A DNA stretch of 64,000 bases from Clostridiales bacterium (GCA_017551625.1 JAFZLF010000020.1:1427-65426); one strand, 5' to 3'. Positions 18,505-27,850 are shown, counted from the stretch's first letter. The notes: generated by a model not told the origin, from the sequence alone. Program-made: numbers and translations.

Positions 18505-20715
18505 ATGAGCAAGTATTTAGTCATAGTAGAGTCACCTGCGAAGGCCAAGACGATCGGCAGGTATTTAGGAAAAGATTACCGGATCGCCGCATCTGTCGGA
18601 CATATCCGTGATCTGCCTTCTTCTACCATTGGCGTGGATGTGCGGCATGATTTCAAACCTACATATATCAATATGCGCGGTAAGGAGAAGGTCATCCGTG
18701 AGCTTAAAGAACTGGCCGCTTCTGCGGAACGCGTCTATATCGCTACCGACCCTGACCGTGAGGGTGAAGCGATTGCCTGGCATATTGCCAAGGTCCTGAA
18801 TATAGATCTTACTGAAAACTGCCGTATCTCCTTTAACGAGATCACTGAAAAAGCAATAAAGAATGCGATACTGGCACCGCGCACGATCGATATCGATCTG
18901 GTGAATGCGCAGCAGGCACGCCGTGTCCTTGACCGTCTGGTCGGTTATGAACTGAGCCCGCTTCTTTGGAAGAAAGTGCAGAAGGGGCTGTCGGCCGGCC
19001 GTGTCCAGTCTGTCGCAACGAAACTTGTCGTTGACCGGGAAAAGGAGATCGAGGCGTTCGTTCCGGAGGAATACTGGAATATCAATGCCGAGCTTACTCC
19101 TGTCGATGAGAAGTTCCCTTTTAAGGCGAGATATCACGGCGAGAAGAAGGGCACACGGATCGAGAAGGTCAAAGTGGGAAGTAAAGAAGAAACCGATGCG
19201 CTTCTGGCCGCGCTCGAAGGTGGAGAGTATGTCGTAGACTCGATCAAAAAGGGTAGAAAACTTCGTCAGCCATTCGCGCCGTTTACGACCAGTACGCTGC
19301 AACAGGAGGCCTCCAGAAGGATCAGTTTCACCTCCAGGAAGACGATGAGCGTCGCCCAGCAGCTCTACGAAGGTGTAGAGATTGCAGGTCAGGGCCAGAT
19401 CGCGCTTGTTTCCTACATCCGTACTGACTCAGTCCGTATCTCTGACGAGGCGATGGCCGCGGCCAGACGTCTGATCGGGGAAAAGTACGGAGAGAAATAT
19501 CTTCCGAAGTCTCCGAGAAAGTATACGAATAAGAATTCCGCGCAGGACGCGCACGAAGCGATCCGTCCGGCGCACTTCGAGCTGAATCCGGAATCGATCC
19601 GTTCCTCGCTGAGTCTCGATCAGTACAGGCTCTACAAGCTGATATGGGACCGTTTCCTGTCTTCGCAGATGGCTTCGGCCGAGGTGGATACGGTGTCTCT
19701 CGATGTCAGATGCAATCGTTCGATCTTCCGCGCCCAGGGCGAGACGATCAAGTTCCAGGGTTTCCTGGCGGCCTATGCTGATCTGGCGGAGGATGTCAGT
19801 GAAGATGAAAAGAATGCCAAGGCCAAGCTTCCCGAACTACTGGACGGTCAGGCCCTGAAACTTCTGGATATCAAATCGGAGCAGAAGTTTACTTTGCCAC
19901 CGGCGAGATACACGGAGGCCACATTGATCAAGACTCTGGAAGAAAAAGGGATCGGACGTCCGTCTACATATGCTCCGACGATCTCGACGATCCTTGAGAG
20001 ACAGTATATCGATAAGGACGGTAAAGTCATCCATCCTACAGAGCTCGGCAAGGTCGTTACAGATCTTCTGGCGGACAACTTTACGGAGATCGTGGATGTT
20101 TCCTTTACTGCGGATATGGAGTCAAAGCTCGATGAGATCGAAGTCGGCAAGAAGGACTGGGTCAAGGTCCTTTCGGATTTTTATCCTTCCTTCCATGAGC
20201 TTATCGAGAAAGCCGATACTGCAGTAACGAAGGTCAAGATGGAAGAGAAGAAGACCGGCGAGAAGTGTCCCGAGTGCGGCGGTGATCTCGTGATCAAGAG
20301 AGGCCGTTTCGGTGAATTTGAAGCCTGCTCCAATTTCCCGGAGTGCAGTTTCACCAGAAATCTCGAAGTAGTAGCGAAGGGGACCTGCCCGACATGCGGT
20401 TCCGGTCTGGTCTCGCACCGTTCCAGAAAGTACAAGGGACGTGTGTTCTATACCTGTGATAAGAAGGGCAGTAACCCGGATTGCGATTTCATCAGCTGGT
20501 ATCTGCCGGTCGATGGCCAGAAGTGCGAAGCATGCGGAAGTTATATGATCTGGAAGCGTTTCCGCGGACGTGCATATCCGAAGTGTGCCAATCCGGAGTG
20601 CGTTAAGAATAAGACGAAGAGATCCTCGAAGTCCGATGACGGAGAGGGAGGCGCTTCTTCTGAGAAGAAGACGACGCGTAGAAAATCCGGTTCCGAGAAG
20701 AACAAAGAGGAGTGA
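18505..20715 (+). CDS. topA: DNA topoisomerase I
   Basis: 736 aa. It has a TOPRIM N-terminus (LVIVESPAKAKTI), the active-site region SYIRTDS, and C-terminal Cys4 zinc ribbons (CPECGG..., CPTCGS...). Confidence 0.97.
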   Translation: MSKYLVIVESPAKAKTIGRYLGKDYRIAASVGHIRDLPSSTIGVDVRHDFKPTYINMRGKEKVIRELKELAASAERVYIATDPDREGEAIAWHIAKVLNIDLTENCRISFNEITEKAIKNAILAPRTIDIDLVNAQQARRVLDRLVGYELSPLLWKKVQKGLSAGRVQSVATKLVVDREKEIEAFVPEEYWNINAELTPVDEKFPFKARYHGEKKGTRIEKVKVGSKEETDALLAALEGGEYVVDSIKKGRKLRQPFAPFTTSTLQQEASRRISFTSRKTMSVAQQLYEGVEIAGQGQIALVSYIRTDSVRISDEAMAAARRLIGEKYGEKYLPKSPRKYTNKNSAQDAHEAIRPAHFELNPESIRSSLSLDQYRLYKLIWDRFLSSQMASAEVDTVSLDVRCNRSIFRAQGETIKFQGFLAAYADLAEDVSEDEKNAKAKLPELLDGQALKLLDIKSEQKFTLPPARYTEATLIKTLEEKGIGRPSTYAPTISTILERQYIDKDGKVIHPTELGKVVTDLLADNFTEIVDVSFTADMESKLDEIEVGKKDWVKVLSDFYPSFHELIEKADTAVTKVKMEEKKTGEKCPECGGDLVIKRGRFGEFEACSNFPECSFTRNLEVVAKGTCPTCGSGLVSHRSRKYKGRVFYTCDKKGSNPDCDFISWYLPVDGQKCEACGSYMIWKRFRGRAYPKCANPECVKNKTKRSSKSDDGEGGASSEKKTTRRKSGSEKNKEE

Positions 20716-20719
20716 TCCC

Positions 20720-22051
20720 ATGTCCAAACCGGAAATCATAGTCATCGGTGCCGGTCTGGCCGGCTCGGAGGCAGCGTATCAGGCGTCGAGACTGGGCGTT
20801 GGTGTCCGTCTCTTCGAGATGAAGAAGAAAAGGAAAAGTCCTGCGCATCACAGCGATGGCTTTGCCGAACTTGTCTGTAGTAATTCCTTGCGTTCCAATC
20901 AGCTCGAGAACGGTGTCGGCCTTCTCAAAGAAGAGCTCCGCATCCTCGGTTCTCTTATCATGGAGTCCGCAGACAGAAGTGCCGTGCCTGCCGGTGGTGC
21001 GCTTGCTGTAGACCGAGAAGAATTCTCTTCGTATATCACGGATAAGATCGTAAATGACCCGAATATCGAAGTTATTCACGATGAAGTCCATAAGATCCCG
21101 GATGACGCGATCGTAGTGATAGCGACCGGACCGCTCACGGATGGGGATCTTTATGACGATATCATGGAGAGGATCGGACATCAGGATATGCATTTCTTTG
21201 ATGCAGCTGCGCCGATCGTTCTGAAGTCCAGTATCGATCTTTCGATCTGTTTCGCTATGTCCCGCTATGGAAAAGGCGGAAACGATTATCTGAACTGTCC
21301 CATGAATGAGGAAGAATACCGCCGATTCTATGAGGCGCTCGTTTCGGCCGAACTTGCGGATGTAAAGGATTTTGACAAGGAGACGGTCTTCGAAGGCTGC
21401 ATGCCGATCGAGACGATGGCGAAGCGTGGATATGACACGATGCGTTTCGGTCCGCTCAAGCCTGTCGGTCTGATCGATCCGAGAACCGGTGAAGAGCCGT
21501 ATGCCTGCGTGCAGCTCCGCCAGGATGACCGCATGGCTTCGATCTATAATATCGTAGGTTTTCAGACGAGACTTCGTTTCCCGGAACAGCAGCGTGTCTT
21601 CCGCATGATTCCCGGCCTTGAAAATGCCGAGTTTACCCGCTTTGGAGTCATGCATCGGAATACGTATATTGAATCGCCGCGTCTTCTTGATTCCTCCTAT
21701 CGGATGAGAGATTATCCGAATGTGTTCTTTGGAGGACAGATCACGGGGGTCGAGGGGTATATCGAGTCCACGGCATCAGGTTATATCGCCGGATATTACG
21801 CTGCTCTTCAGGCGCTTTCGCAGGAAAGCCCTGTGACATTCTCCGCAAACACGATGATTGGAGCGATGGCTCAGTATTGCTCCGATCCCGTGGTGAAGAA
21901 TTTCGTGCCGATGAATGCCAACTTCGGACTCATTGCTCCGCTCGGATACCGGGTGAAGGGGAAAAAGAAAGAAAAGTACCTGGCTTATGCGGAGCGCGCG
22001 CTTGCTGAAGTGCGGGAAAACAAAGAAAAAATGGAGAGTCTGTGGAAATGA
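20720..22051 (+). CDS. trmFO: Methylenetetrahydrofolate--tRNA-(uracil54-C5)-methyltransferase TrmFO
   Basis: MSKPEIIVIGAGLAGSEAA FAD-binding fold in conserved topA-trmFO synteny. I chose the ATG at 20720 rather than ORF-track 20570, which lies inside topA. Confidence 0.95.
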   Translation: MSKPEIIVIGAGLAGSEAAYQASRLGVGVRLFEMKKKRKSPAHHSDGFAELVCSNSLRSNQLENGVGLLKEELRILGSLIMESADRSAVPAGGALAVDREEFSSYITDKIVNDPNIEVIHDEVHKIPDDAIVVIATGPLTDGDLYDDIMERIGHQDMHFFDAAAPIVLKSSIDLSICFAMSRYGKGGNDYLNCPMNEEEYRRFYEALVSAELADVKDFDKETVFEGCMPIETMAKRGYDTMRFGPLKPVGLIDPRTGEEPYACVQLRQDDRMASIYNIVGFQTRLRFPEQQRVFRMIPGLENAEFTRFGVMHRNTYIESPRLLDSSYRMRDYPNVFFGGQITGVEGYIESTASGYIAGYYAALQALSQESPVTFSANTMIGAMAQYCSDPVVKNFVPMNANFGLIAPLGYRVKGKKKEKYLAYAERALAEVRENKEKMESLWK

Positions 22052-22917
22052 CGCAAAGACCTTTTGATGCCTCGCAGTGGGAAGAAACCGGTAAAATCAA
22101 GGGATTCTGGCGCTCTTATGCGCGTGATTGGGGGAAAGTATGTGGATGCAATGCACTCCTAATGGGGGTGAACATGCTCTCGTTCGTGATCGGTATCTGT
22201 CTGGTCATGTTCCTGCTTCCATTGATCTTTACCTCATTTACCCCGGCCGGCCTTAAGGATTTTATACTCGAGACGGAAATGGTCGAGGCGACCAGTGTCA
22301 CAGATGAAGCAGTAGAGAATATTTTCTATACTTTATGCATGCTCAGTTCTTTTTTTATGATTGGGATGCTTTTGGTCGTTAACGGACCTTTCTATTCCGC
22401 GGTCAGTTTCTATTTCCGTAATCTGATCACGGGAGAAGGTGACTTCCGAGTTGACTTCAAGAAAGGTCTGAAAGAAAACTGGAAGAAGTCTCTGGCCGCA
22501 TCTATACTGTCGATCGTGGTGACTGTTGTGATCCTTTTCAATATCGGGTACTACCAGCGAGCAGAGATGGGTACGCTCTCGCTCGCGGCGAAATCTTTCT
22601 TTACGGTGCTTCTGTCGTTCTGGTGCTGGATACAGCTTTTCGTGTATCCGCTGATCGCCTGTGTCGAGCTCTCTTTCAAAGAAGTGTACCGTAATGCCGT
22701 GATCATGTCCGTCAAGAATTTCCCGGTCGTGATCGGCGTTTTCTTCCTGCAGATCATACTCTTCGGCGTCATCCCATATGGATTGATGTTTTCTTTCGGA
22801 ACGATCGGGTATGCGATCACCATGCTTCTTTATATGATTTTTTCATTCGGCTTTCTCAGTTATGTGGCGATGTATATCACATGGAAAGCCATACAGAAGA
22901 TCATCCAGTCACAGTGA
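22042..22917 (+). CDS. Integral membrane protein, DUF624/YesL-like
   Basis: 291 aa, about six TM helices, with a short soluble N-terminus containing FW..Y motifs. It overlaps the trmFO end by 10 nt. Confidence 0.5.
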   Translation: MEMTQRPFDASQWEETGKIKGFWRSYARDWGKVCGCNALLMGVNMLSFVIGICLVMFLLPLIFTSFTPAGLKDFILETEMVEATSVTDEAVENIFYTLCMLSSFFMIGMLLVVNGPFYSAVSFYFRNLITGEGDFRVDFKKGLKENWKKSLAASILSIVVTVVILFNIGYYQRAEMGTLSLAAKSFFTVLLSFWCWIQLFVYPLIACVELSFKEVYRNAVIMSVKNFPVVIGVFFLQIILFGVIPYGLMFSFGTIGYAITMLLYMIFSFGFLSYVAMYITWKAIQKIIQSQ

Positions 22918-23067
22918 CATCACTTTTCAAAGACGGACTGTATCGTAAATCAACAAGCAAGAGTGACCTCGTTTAAGAAAATCGCATCTTTTTGATTAGT
23001 TTGTTGTACTTTTACAAACAAATACGGTAAAATAAAGGATAATACGTAAAAGTGAGGTAGTAGCCGT

Positions 23068-24747
23068 ATGATTCAGTGTGTACGTGGTCATTTCTTTGAT
23101 GAGAATCGATATGCAGACTGCCCTTATTGCAGTCAGGCGTCCAGCAAACCGAGAGCGGTCACGCCGCCTGTTGCCCCAAATATGGAGATCCCGAAACCGT
23201 CGTGCGGTAAAACGGTCGCGGTTGAGGGCGTCGCAACAGAACCGGCCGTTAGTAAGACGGTAGCAATCGAGAATTTCGAGGAGACTCTTCCTCCGGTAAA
23301 TAAGACAGTAGCTATCAGTGAGCAGCCCTCGGCTTATACCCCGGGCCCGTCTCCGGATGGACTTCCGAGCATGGCTCCGGCCGCAGTTCCGGTTCCGGCT
23401 CCTGCTCCGGTGCCTCCGATGGCCGCGCCTGTAGCTCAGGAAGTGCCGGCTGTACCGGTGGCTGCGCCTGTTGCTCCTATAGAAACTCCTGTTGTACCCG
23501 TTGAGTTCCAGCCGGCTCCGATGGCAGCGCCCGTAGCTCCGATGGATGCTCCGGTTGCACCTGTTGCGCCTGTTGTGCAAGCCCCGGACGCACCCGTTGC
23601 TCCGGTAGTTCCTGCCGCCCCGGTGGAACGTCCGATCCCATCTTATACAGCAGATCTGCGGGCTGAAATTCCTTTTGACGGTGTGTCGGATACTCCGGAA
23701 AGAGTTCTGACAGAAGAGATTTCCGTAGATATTCCTGTCACGGGTCTGGGTGTTTCCGATCATCCGACACCGCTTGCTTCGGAAGAGAATTACTATCATT
23801 CCAATCCGGATAGACCCTATGCCGTTACCGGATTAGGTGTAAAAGAAAACCCGACTCCGATCCCGAATGATACGGGCGCGACGTTCCCGATCCCAGGTGG
23901 AGAAGGCCAGAGTGTCCCGGCTGGGCAGCCCGCATCTGCGGAAGCCGCAGCGTTTGCTGCGTTTGGATTCCCGGGTGGACCGATGCCCGGAATGATGCCG
24001 GGTGGACCGATGCCCGGAGCTCCGATGCCGGGTGCGCCTGTTCCACCGCCGGCTCCGATCGCATCGCCTGTTGATGCCACCCCGGCCCCGATAGCAGAAC
24101 CGGCCCCGATCGTGGAAGAAACTCCGGTCGAGCCGATTCCCGAACCGGCCCCGATGGCGGAGGCCGTAACTCCGGCTGCCCCGATACCGGAACCTGCCCC
24201 GATGGCGGAGGTCGTAGCTCCGGCTGCTCCGATGCCGGAACCGGCTCCGATCGTGGAGGAGGCTCCCGCGGCTCAGGCTGCTGAGATTCCTGCTGCTCCG
24301 GTGGCCGAAGCACCTGTGGCGCCTGTTCCCGGACCGATGTTTGTGGATACAAAACCGAGAGATCCGAATGCTACTGTCGCGATGACCGAGTCCGATATGG
24401 ACTATATGCCGCGTGTACATGCCAGAGCTTTTCTGGTGTGCGTAGACGGCCCTATGACCGGCGCGAGCTTCGTGTTCCAGGAGAACCGGGCTATCGTCGG
24501 ACGTCAGAAGAACTATGAGATAGCGCTTTTCCGTGATAATTCCGTATCGAGAAGTCCGCATGCGATTATTGCTTACGACAAGGATGCAGTGCGTTATACG
24601 GTTGCCCAGGGTGATCCGGAGAAGAAGGTGTCCGTCAACGGTACCTTTATCAATGCGGAACAGGAACTCAAACTGTACGATATCATCGGTATCGGACAGA
24701 CGAGGATGCTCTTTATTCCGGTATGCAGTGAGAAGTTTGCATGGTAA
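23068..24747 (+). CDS. Zinc-ribbon / Pro-Ala-rich linker / C-terminal FHA-domain protein
   Basis: 559 aa. The N-terminus is MIQCVRGHFFDENRYADCPYC (C-x3-H-x9-C-x2-C). About 400 aa of P/A/V-rich low complexity follow. The C-terminal FHA carries the GR...SRSPH...NG signature (IVGRQ, SRSPHA, VNGT). Confidence 0.85.
   Translation: MIQCVRGHFFDENRYADCPYCSQASSKPRAVTPPVAPNMEIPKPSCGKTVAVEGVATEPAVSKTVAIENFEETLPPVNKTVAISEQPSAYTPGPSPDGLPSMAPAAVPVPAPAPVPPMAAPVAQEVPAVPVAAPVAPIETPVVPVEFQPAPMAAPVAPMDAPVAPVAPVVQAPDAPVAPVVPAAPVERPIPSYTADLRAEIPFDGVSDTPERVLTEEISVDIPVTGLGVSDHPTPLASEENYYHSNPDRPYAVTGLGVKENPTPIPNDTGATFPIPGGEGQSVPAGQPASAEAAAFAAFGFPGGPMPGMMPGGPMPGAPMPGAPVPPPAPIASPVDATPAPIAEPAPIVEETPVEPIPEPAPMAEAVTPAAPIPEPAPMAEVVAPAAPMPEPAPIVEEAPAAQAAEIPAAPVAEAPVAPVPGPMFVDTKPRDPNATVAMTESDMDYMPRVHARAFLVCVDGPMTGASFVFQENRAIVGRQKNYEIALFRDNSVSRSPHAIIAYDKDAVRYTVAQGDPEKKVSVNGTFINAEQELKLYDIIGIGQTRMLFIPVCSEKFAW
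24091..24267 (+). repeat. In-frame tandem repeat (about 3.5 copies of a 45-48-nt unit) inside the FHA-protein gene
   Basis: The 24136-24183 and 24184-24231 units encode IPEPAPMAE(A/V)V(T/A)PAAP. More diverged copies flank them (IAEPAPIVEETPVEP, MPEPAPIVEEAP). Confidence 0.85.
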
Positions 24748-25685
24748 TTGATTGGAACACAATTAAGGATACGTTTCTTAAGTATGTGAGCGGCATGCGC
24801 TGGATCTTCCTCGGATGTGCAGGTGCGATCCTCCTGATCGTGGTGGTCGTGCTTATCCTTCGGAGTATGAAGAAAAAGAAAGTCGAACCTTCGGGAAAAA
24901 CGGAAGAAACGAAGCCTATCCATAAGAGCATGGTCATGGATAATGGCCGATTCCGTATAGAGATCGGAAATGTTCAGGGAACCGGTGACAGAGAAGAACA
25001 GCAGGATGCTTTTGCCTTCTCGCCGACGGCAAAATGGAAGGAGAAGGGATTCCTCGCAGTGCTCTGTGATGGGATGGGCGGTCTCGACGCAGGTGCAGCG
25101 ATCTCTAATAAGCTCGTGTCCGATATTATCGCCGAGTTTCCGTATTCTTTCGAAGAACTCAAGGATGGCTGGATCCTCGATTCTCTTTCCAATGAGATCT
25201 ATGAGAACTACCGAGGCCGTGGCGGCACGACGGTGATCATCACATATCTGAAGGACGATAAGATGTGGTTCGCCTCTGTGGGAGACAGTGATCTTCTGCT
25301 TTTGCGAGACGGCCGTATCTATGCCATGAATGTGCGTCAGGAGTATGGAAATACACTTTTGAATAGAGCTCTTGACGGCGCGGTATCGGTCGAGCAGGCC
25401 CTGACGCATCGGGATGCGCCTGCGCTTACGGAATTTATGGGCGCTCAGCACGCTAATCCTGACTATTCGATCGTACCGTGGGATGTCAAGGATAAGGATG
25501 TGTATCTGTTGTGCTCGGACGGAATCAGTGATACCCTTTCCTTCGAGGAGATCCGTGAAGCGATGAAGCATGATCCTTCAGAGTGTGCCGAGATCCTCGA
25601 GAAGGGGATCATGACGAAAAATAAACGTTATCAGGATAACTACACAGCTATCATTTTCGCTGTGCATGAAATAGGAGGTAATTAG
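24741..25685 (+). CDS. Membrane-anchored PP2C-family Ser/Thr phosphatase
   Basis: 314 aa. One N-terminal TM helix (WIFLGCAGAILLIVVVVLIL) is followed by PP2C motifs EEQQDAF, LCDGMGG, GGTTVI, ASVGDSDLLL, LLCSDGISD and DNYTAIIF. It overlaps the upstream gene by 7 nt. Confidence 0.88.
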   Translation: MVIDWNTIKDTFLKYVSGMRWIFLGCAGAILLIVVVVLILRSMKKKKVEPSGKTEETKPIHKSMVMDNGRFRIEIGNVQGTGDREEQQDAFAFSPTAKWKEKGFLAVLCDGMGGLDAGAAISNKLVSDIIAEFPYSFEELKDGWILDSLSNEIYENYRGRGGTTVIITYLKDDKMWFASVGDSDLLLLRDGRIYAMNVRQEYGNTLLNRALDGAVSVEQALTHRDAPALTEFMGAQHANPDYSIVPWDVKDKDVYLLCSDGISDTLSFEEIREAMKHDPSECAEILEKGIMTKNKRYQDNYTAIIFAVHEIGGN

Positions 25686-25686
25686 T

Positions 25687-27120
25687 ATGAAGTGGGTAAG
25701 AAGAATCTTTATGTTCCTCTTGATTCTTGCAATTGGCGGTTCCGGCTTTATGGCTTTCCGCAATTTCAAGCCCTGGCGTGATGCACAGGAGGAACTGGAT
25801 GAGGTCAAGAGTGAGACATTCCAGGCCAAGGATGTGAAGAGAAGCTTCACTCCTCAGGAGAATCAGCACTCTGTCGCATTTGTTTTCTGTCAGAACGGCA
25901 GTTCGTGGGCGGCAGGTTCCTGCTACGCAGTCGGAGATCCGGATGGAAAAGTCCAGTACTTCGTAACAAACGGACATGTTGTCGAGCCATTCATGGAAGA
26001 AGGCTATTCTATCACGATCTATTTTGATGATCTGGAAAACATCGTTCCTGAGGTCATTTTCTATGAGTTTGATGAGAATCTGGATATGGCTATCCTGAAG
26101 CTCCCCGAGCCGGTCGACATGAGAACGGCCCTGATCATCCGTGATTCTGCCGAGGTAGAGACTGGTGAAAAGTGTACAGCGATCGGTTATCCGGATAAGG
26201 CGATGGAGTTTGACGGAAACTTTATTGGCGATATGGCCGGTCAGACAGTCTCCAGCGGCGTTATCTCCAAGGTAGACTTTGTTCCGAGTGCTGTCGGTGT
26301 GGCGTACCACACATTCCAGCATGACACATTTACCTCTCATGGTAACTCCGGCGGACCGCTCCTCGACGGAAACGGCTTCCTCATCGGTATGAATACCCTG
26401 GGCAATCCGGAATCGGAGAGCGTAAACTATGCGATCACTTCTGCAGAGATCATGCAGAGACTCGATGAGAATAATGTTGACTATGTGACCAGTAAGGAAT
26501 ATCTCGGTGCCATCGACAAGTCTATCGCAGCCGATCAGAAGAAGTTTGACAAGAAGCATGACGCAGCTGTCGAGGAAGCGGAAACGGAAGTTACCGAGAC
26601 AAGGAATAAGTTCCTGCTCTTCTGCGCGATCGCAGCGGCCTGCGCTATCGTTCTCCTGATCCTCTTCATCGTCGGCAACAAGAAGGTCGTTATGGTCGGT
26701 GAACAGGATGATGGAAAGAAGTCTTTCGTGTACTGCACGAAGGGTGTATTTGCGGGACAGAAATTTGAGGTGACCGGTCAGACGATGACGATCGGCCGTG
26801 ACCAGAACTCCTGTACGATCGTATTCCCTGAACAGACTCCTGGTATCAGCTCGAACCACTGCTCGATCTACTTCGATGCGAGAACCAAGGCGTTCGTCCT
26901 TACGGATAACGGTTCCACATACGGCACATATCTCAGTGATGGCAGAAAGCTGACGAAGGGCGTTCCGGAGAAACTTCTCCCGGGTTCCACTTTTGCTCTG
27001 GCCGATAAGGCAAACGAGTTCCTCGTAGACAGAGAAGAGGGCGACGGTAAGAAGAAAGAAAAGAAAGAAAAGAAGTCTAAGAAAGCTGCGGAGATTCCGA
27101 CAGATACTTCGATTCAATAA
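25687..27120 (+). CDS. Bitopic trypsin-like (S1/S1C) serine protease fused to a cytoplasmic FHA domain
   Basis: 477 aa. The order is TM1 (aa ~7-24), a protease domain with candidate triad His97 (TNGHVV), Asp133 (DMAILKL) and Ser221 (GNSGGPLLD), TM2 (FLLFCAIAAACAIVLLILFIVG), then an FHA domain (TIGRD, SSNHC, DNGSTYGT) and a K/E-rich tail. Confidence 0.85.
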   Translation: MKWVRRIFMFLLILAIGGSGFMAFRNFKPWRDAQEELDEVKSETFQAKDVKRSFTPQENQHSVAFVFCQNGSSWAAGSCYAVGDPDGKVQYFVTNGHVVEPFMEEGYSITIYFDDLENIVPEVIFYEFDENLDMAILKLPEPVDMRTALIIRDSAEVETGEKCTAIGYPDKAMEFDGNFIGDMAGQTVSSGVISKVDFVPSAVGVAYHTFQHDTFTSHGNSGGPLLDGNGFLIGMNTLGNPESESVNYAITSAEIMQRLDENNVDYVTSKEYLGAIDKSIAADQKKFDKKHDAAVEEAETEVTETRNKFLLFCAIAAACAIVLLILFIVGNKKVVMVGEQDDGKKSFVYCTKGVFAGQKFEVTGQTMTIGRDQNSCTIVFPEQTPGISSNHCSIYFDARTKAFVLTDNGSTYGTYLSDGRKLTKGVPEKLLPGSTFALADKANEFLVDREEGDGKKKEKKEKKSKKAAEIPTDTSIQ

Positions 27121-27138
27121 AGGTAGATAGATAGCAAG

Positions 27139-27846
27139 ATGGATCACTATTCATACACCAATGTGGGTGGCCACGAGCCGAACTGCGACTACGCGCAGGT
27201 CATCGAACATGACGACCAGGTCCTGATCGTTCTGTGCGATGGGCTGAATGGCCTTCCCAGCGGTGATCAGGCATCAAAGATCATATCAGACGCAGCGATG
27301 GAGGCTTTCCTTCAAGGAAAGTCTCCTGCTGACGCCTGTATCTTCGCCAATGAGAAATTCCGCGGGATGCAGTTCGATAATGTCGATCTTCGACGCGCGG
27401 GGGCGACGATCTGTGCGGTAAGGATCGCGGACGGTAAGTGCTCCTGGGCCAATGTGGGTGATTCACATATCTACCATTTTTCAAAAGGCAAACTCATGCA
27501 CCACTCCGTCGATGATACGCCGACCTATAAGGCCTATTCCCGCGGTGATTTCGATTATGAGGGGATCCGCGAGCAGGATGACCGGACCGGAATGACTGTC
27601 TGTATAGGACAGAAGGAAACGGTCGAGCCTCATGTGGAATCCTTCAATATGGAGGAAGGCGATGCGATCCTGGTCTGTTCGGATGGCCTGTGGGAATATG
27701 TGTATGAGACGGAGATGCTTATCGATCTTCACAAATCCTTCAATTCTAAAGAATGGGCGGAGAAGATGCTCCTTCGGGCGACACAGAGGAGTCACCTCAA
27801 GGGAGACAATATGACTTTAGTAACTTATTTCAGGCTGGCAGGTTAA
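27139..27846 (+). CDS. Soluble PP2C-family Ser/Thr phosphatase (second copy)
   Basis: 235 aa with no TM helix. Motifs are LCDGLNG, GATICAV, ANVGDSHIY, LVCSDGLWEY and GDNMTLV. Confidence 0.85.
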   Translation: MDHYSYTNVGGHEPNCDYAQVIEHDDQVLIVLCDGLNGLPSGDQASKIISDAAMEAFLQGKSPADACIFANEKFRGMQFDNVDLRRAGATICAVRIADGKCSWANVGDSHIYHFSKGKLMHHSVDDTPTYKAYSRGDFDYEGIREQDDRTGMTVCIGQKETVEPHVESFNMEEGDAILVCSDGLWEYVYETEMLIDLHKSFNSKEWAEKMLLRATQRSHLKGDNMTLVTYFRLAG

Positions 27847-27850
27847 CGAC

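Noticed and set aside
24091-24267. Regularly spaced direct repeats that could superficially resemble a short CRISPR-like array.
   Set aside because: The repeats are contiguous with no unique spacers and are in frame inside a coding sequence. They encode a repeated peptide (IPEPAPMAE...), and no cas genes are in the window.
22996-24762. Minus-strand ORFs of 267, 175 and 309 aa, plus an 87-aa ORF, across the Pro/Ala-rich part of the FHA-protein gene.
   Set aside because: These are low-complexity R/S/G/H-rich translations created by the GC-rich CCG/GCT/GCC repeats of the sense gene. They have no start context. The sense frame has a zinc ribbon and a canonical FHA domain.
25651-27147. A 498-aa minus-strand ORF, longer than the protease-FHA gene it overlaps. 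Similar near-full-length antisense ORFs occur at 59652-61193 (513 aa, opposite hydB), 61541-63148 (535 aa, opposite hydA), 41784-43064 (426 aa, opposite metY), 20603-21655, 38711-39703, 33497-34435, 48971-49903, 5152-6171 and 13413-14186.
   Set aside because: I checked phase for three of these (25651-27147, 59652-61193, 61541-63148), and each is in exact codon phase with its sense gene. In that phase an antisense stop arises only from the sense codons TTA, CTA or TCA, which this genome evidently avoids. The sense strands carry unmistakable conserved-family motifs. The antisense translations are Arg/Asp/Leu/Ser-rich with no recognisable domains or RBS.
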